A stretch of 33,551 nucleotides of DNA from Candidatus Woesearchaeota archaeon (GTDB lineage Archaea; Nanobdellota; Nanobdellia; Woesearchaeales; ARS49). How positions within the stretch are numbered: the stretch's first letter is position 1; the number at the start of each line of letters is the position of its first letter. The DNA lies in NCBI GenBank assembly GCA_026394935.1, contig JAPLZR010000042.1:1-33551 (forward strand), in the 5' to 3' direction. Both the position numbers and the translations under genes were made by a program. Positions 32,551 to 33,551 of this stretch are shown in pieces. The notes under the pieces were generated by a model. That model was given only the letters and a program-made list of their open reading frames with translations. It ran no database searches and was not told the DNA's origin.

Positions 32551-32585
32551 TGTTAGATAAAGAGTTCCTCAGTGAGTTTTGAGTG
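32551..32585 (-). promoter_or_regulatory. Conserved upstream 35-mer, copy 2 (ctgttagataaagagttcctcagtgagttttgagt)
   Basis: It starts 20 nt upstream of the ATG at 32531 and is near-identical to copy 1. Confidence 0.5.
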
Positions 32586-32621
32586 TTTTCCTGGCGCGTT
32601 TCCACATTTTTTTTGGTATAG

Positions 32622-32634
32622 TAAGATTTATATA
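32622..32634 (+). promoter_or_regulatory. TATA-box candidate (taagatttatata) for the right-edge surface protein gene
   Basis: TTTATATA ends 27 nt upstream of ATG 32661. This spacing suggests a leaderless or very short-leader mRNA. Confidence 0.45.
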
Positions 32635-32660
32635 CTGTTTTTGTTAAATCGTGTGTGGTT

Positions 32661-33551
32661 ATGAAAAAAGGGGTTGTGGTGTTATTAGTAGTTTTTGGGT
32701 TTATCGTATTGTTTTCTATGTTGTTTGTTCTTTATAAGCCTTTGACTTCGGTTCTTGTTGTGAATGAGACTGCTATTGAACCGTCGGTTTTGGTTCCTGT
32801 TGTGAATGAAACTTCAGTGTTTGTTGTGAATGAGACGTTGTCTGAGCCTTTGGTGCCTGTTGTGAATGAATCAGTGGTTTCGGATACTTTGCCTATTTAT
32901 GAGGGCGAGAATACTGTTGCTGGAGGGAGTATTTCTGTTGGTTTTGAAAGGTTGATTAGGGAGGTTAGAGTGTTTGAGGGGGTTAAGAGAACTTTTGCTC
33001 GGCCTGGTGTTGTTATTACTAATCCTGGGAGGGCTGAGTTTAAGTCAGTGGCTGGTTATTATGATGGGCCTTCGCCGACAGGTATGACTATTACAACTGA
33101 TGTTTTGGCTGTTGAGTCTATGACTGTGGAAAAAGCTGTTATTCAATTGCCGAAGAGGGGTCGGGTTGACAAGATTTTGAGGTGTGCTGATTTTGATTTG
33201 GATGCTTTTGCTTGTGCTGGTTGGGAAGTGACGGATATTTCTTTTAGTGATCGTGGTGATTTTGTTGAATTTAAAGTGACGAGTTTTAGCGGTTATGCTG
33301 GTGCTGCGGTTGCTAATTCTAATTATCAGGTTTTGGATGGGTCAACTGCGCCGGTAATTAATTTCACATTTCCAACTCCTGCGAATGGAAGCACGATCAG
33401 TGTGAATTTTTCGACAATAAATGTGACTGTGAATGAGAATGTTTCTTCTTGTATTTTGAGTTGGGATCCTCCGACTTGTTCTGCTCTGGGCGGTAATATA
33501 ACGACTGATGGTGATTATTGTGTTCATACTTTTTATTCAAATGGAACTTTT
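32661..33551 (+). CDS. Cell-surface protein, 3'-partial (signal anchor, VVNE[TS] sequon repeats); absent from the ORF track
   Basis: Hand translation gives 297 codons with no stop to the window end: MKKGVVVLLVVFGFIVLFSMLFVLYKPLTSVLVVNETAIEPSVLVPVVNETSVFVVNETLSEPLVPVVNESVV...GYAGAAVANSNYQVLDGSTAPVINFTFPTPANGSTISVNFSTINVTVNENVSSC... Confidence 0.75.
   Translation, partial: MKKGVVVLLVVFGFIVLFSMLFVLYKPLTSVLVVNETAIEPSVLVPVVNETSVFVVNETLSEPLVPVVNESVVSDTLPIYEGENTVAGGSISVGFERLIREVRVFEGVKRTFARPGVVITNPGRAEFKSVAGYYDGPSPTGMTITTDVLAVESMTVEKAVIQLPKRGRVDKILRCADFDLDAFACAGWEVTDISFSDRGDFVEFKVTSFSGYAGAAVANSNYQVLDGSTAPVINFTFPTPANGSTISVNFSTINVTVNENVSSCILSWDPPTCSALGGNITTDGDYCVHTFYSNGTF
32758..32869 (+). repeat. 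Four copies of gttgtgaatgaR (VVNE) with irregular spacing
   Basis: Copies start at 32758, 32800, 32823 and 32858. Each encodes an N-E-[TS] sequon. Confidence 0.6.

Noticed and set aside
1-33551. Scan for CRISPR arrays, rRNA/tRNA genes, transposases/IS ends, reverse transcriptase/DGR template-variable repeats, and in-frame stop recoding.
   Set aside because: I found no regularly spaced direct repeats, no tRNA-like T-arm/acceptor patterns in intergenic regions, and no DDE/YxDD-type ORFs. All conserved genes are intact under the standard code. This is an absence judged by eye only; tRNAscan, Infernal or a CRISPR finder would be the proper check.

Overview
This is an AT-rich, gene-dense prokaryotic window, coded mostly on the + strand. 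It is probably from a small-genome (DPANN-like) archaeon. Supporting this are TTTATATA-type boxes 25-45 nt upstream of several starts, GGTGA-type Shine-Dalgarno sites, an AbrB+PhoU regulator, an archaeal-type SbcD-related phosphoesterase and sequon-rich surface proteins. Several genes look bacterial-like, so the taxon cannot be fixed from sequence alone.

Recognisable core:
- Two cell-surface proteins, each cut by a window edge.
- M50 protease, LMW-PTP-like gene and GNAT.
- A long Lhr-type helicase and a cupin.
- sod-yjjX, followed by a tightly coupled purine operon: degenerate PurE paralog, class II purE, purC-like, guaB, purA, purB.
- A metallophosphoesterase and a HAD hydrolase.
- A translationally coupled lysS / RimB-like / RimK-like trio.

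Accessory or orphan blocks are interleaved with this core:
- (a) 8.0-12.1 kb holds four orphan genes plus a Bro-N gene. One orphan is broken by a -1 frameshift at an A8 run, and two share a C-terminal module.
- (b) 20.7-21.6 kb holds four small minus-strand ORFs below the track cutoff: three zinc ribbons and one acidic protein.
- (c) 22.6-26.1 kb holds a receiver-like + guanylate-kinase-like + orphan-domain protein. Its frame is open 100 codons upstream of any start codon. It lies head-to-head with an internally duplicated orphan protein.
- (d) 29.6-32.6 kb holds small Cys-rich exported proteins, an EncFtn-like ferritin with no shell gene, and two tandem paralog pairs.

I found no rRNA, tRNA, CRISPR array, transposase or reverse transcriptase. 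All family assignments are motif recognition by eye; no searches were run.
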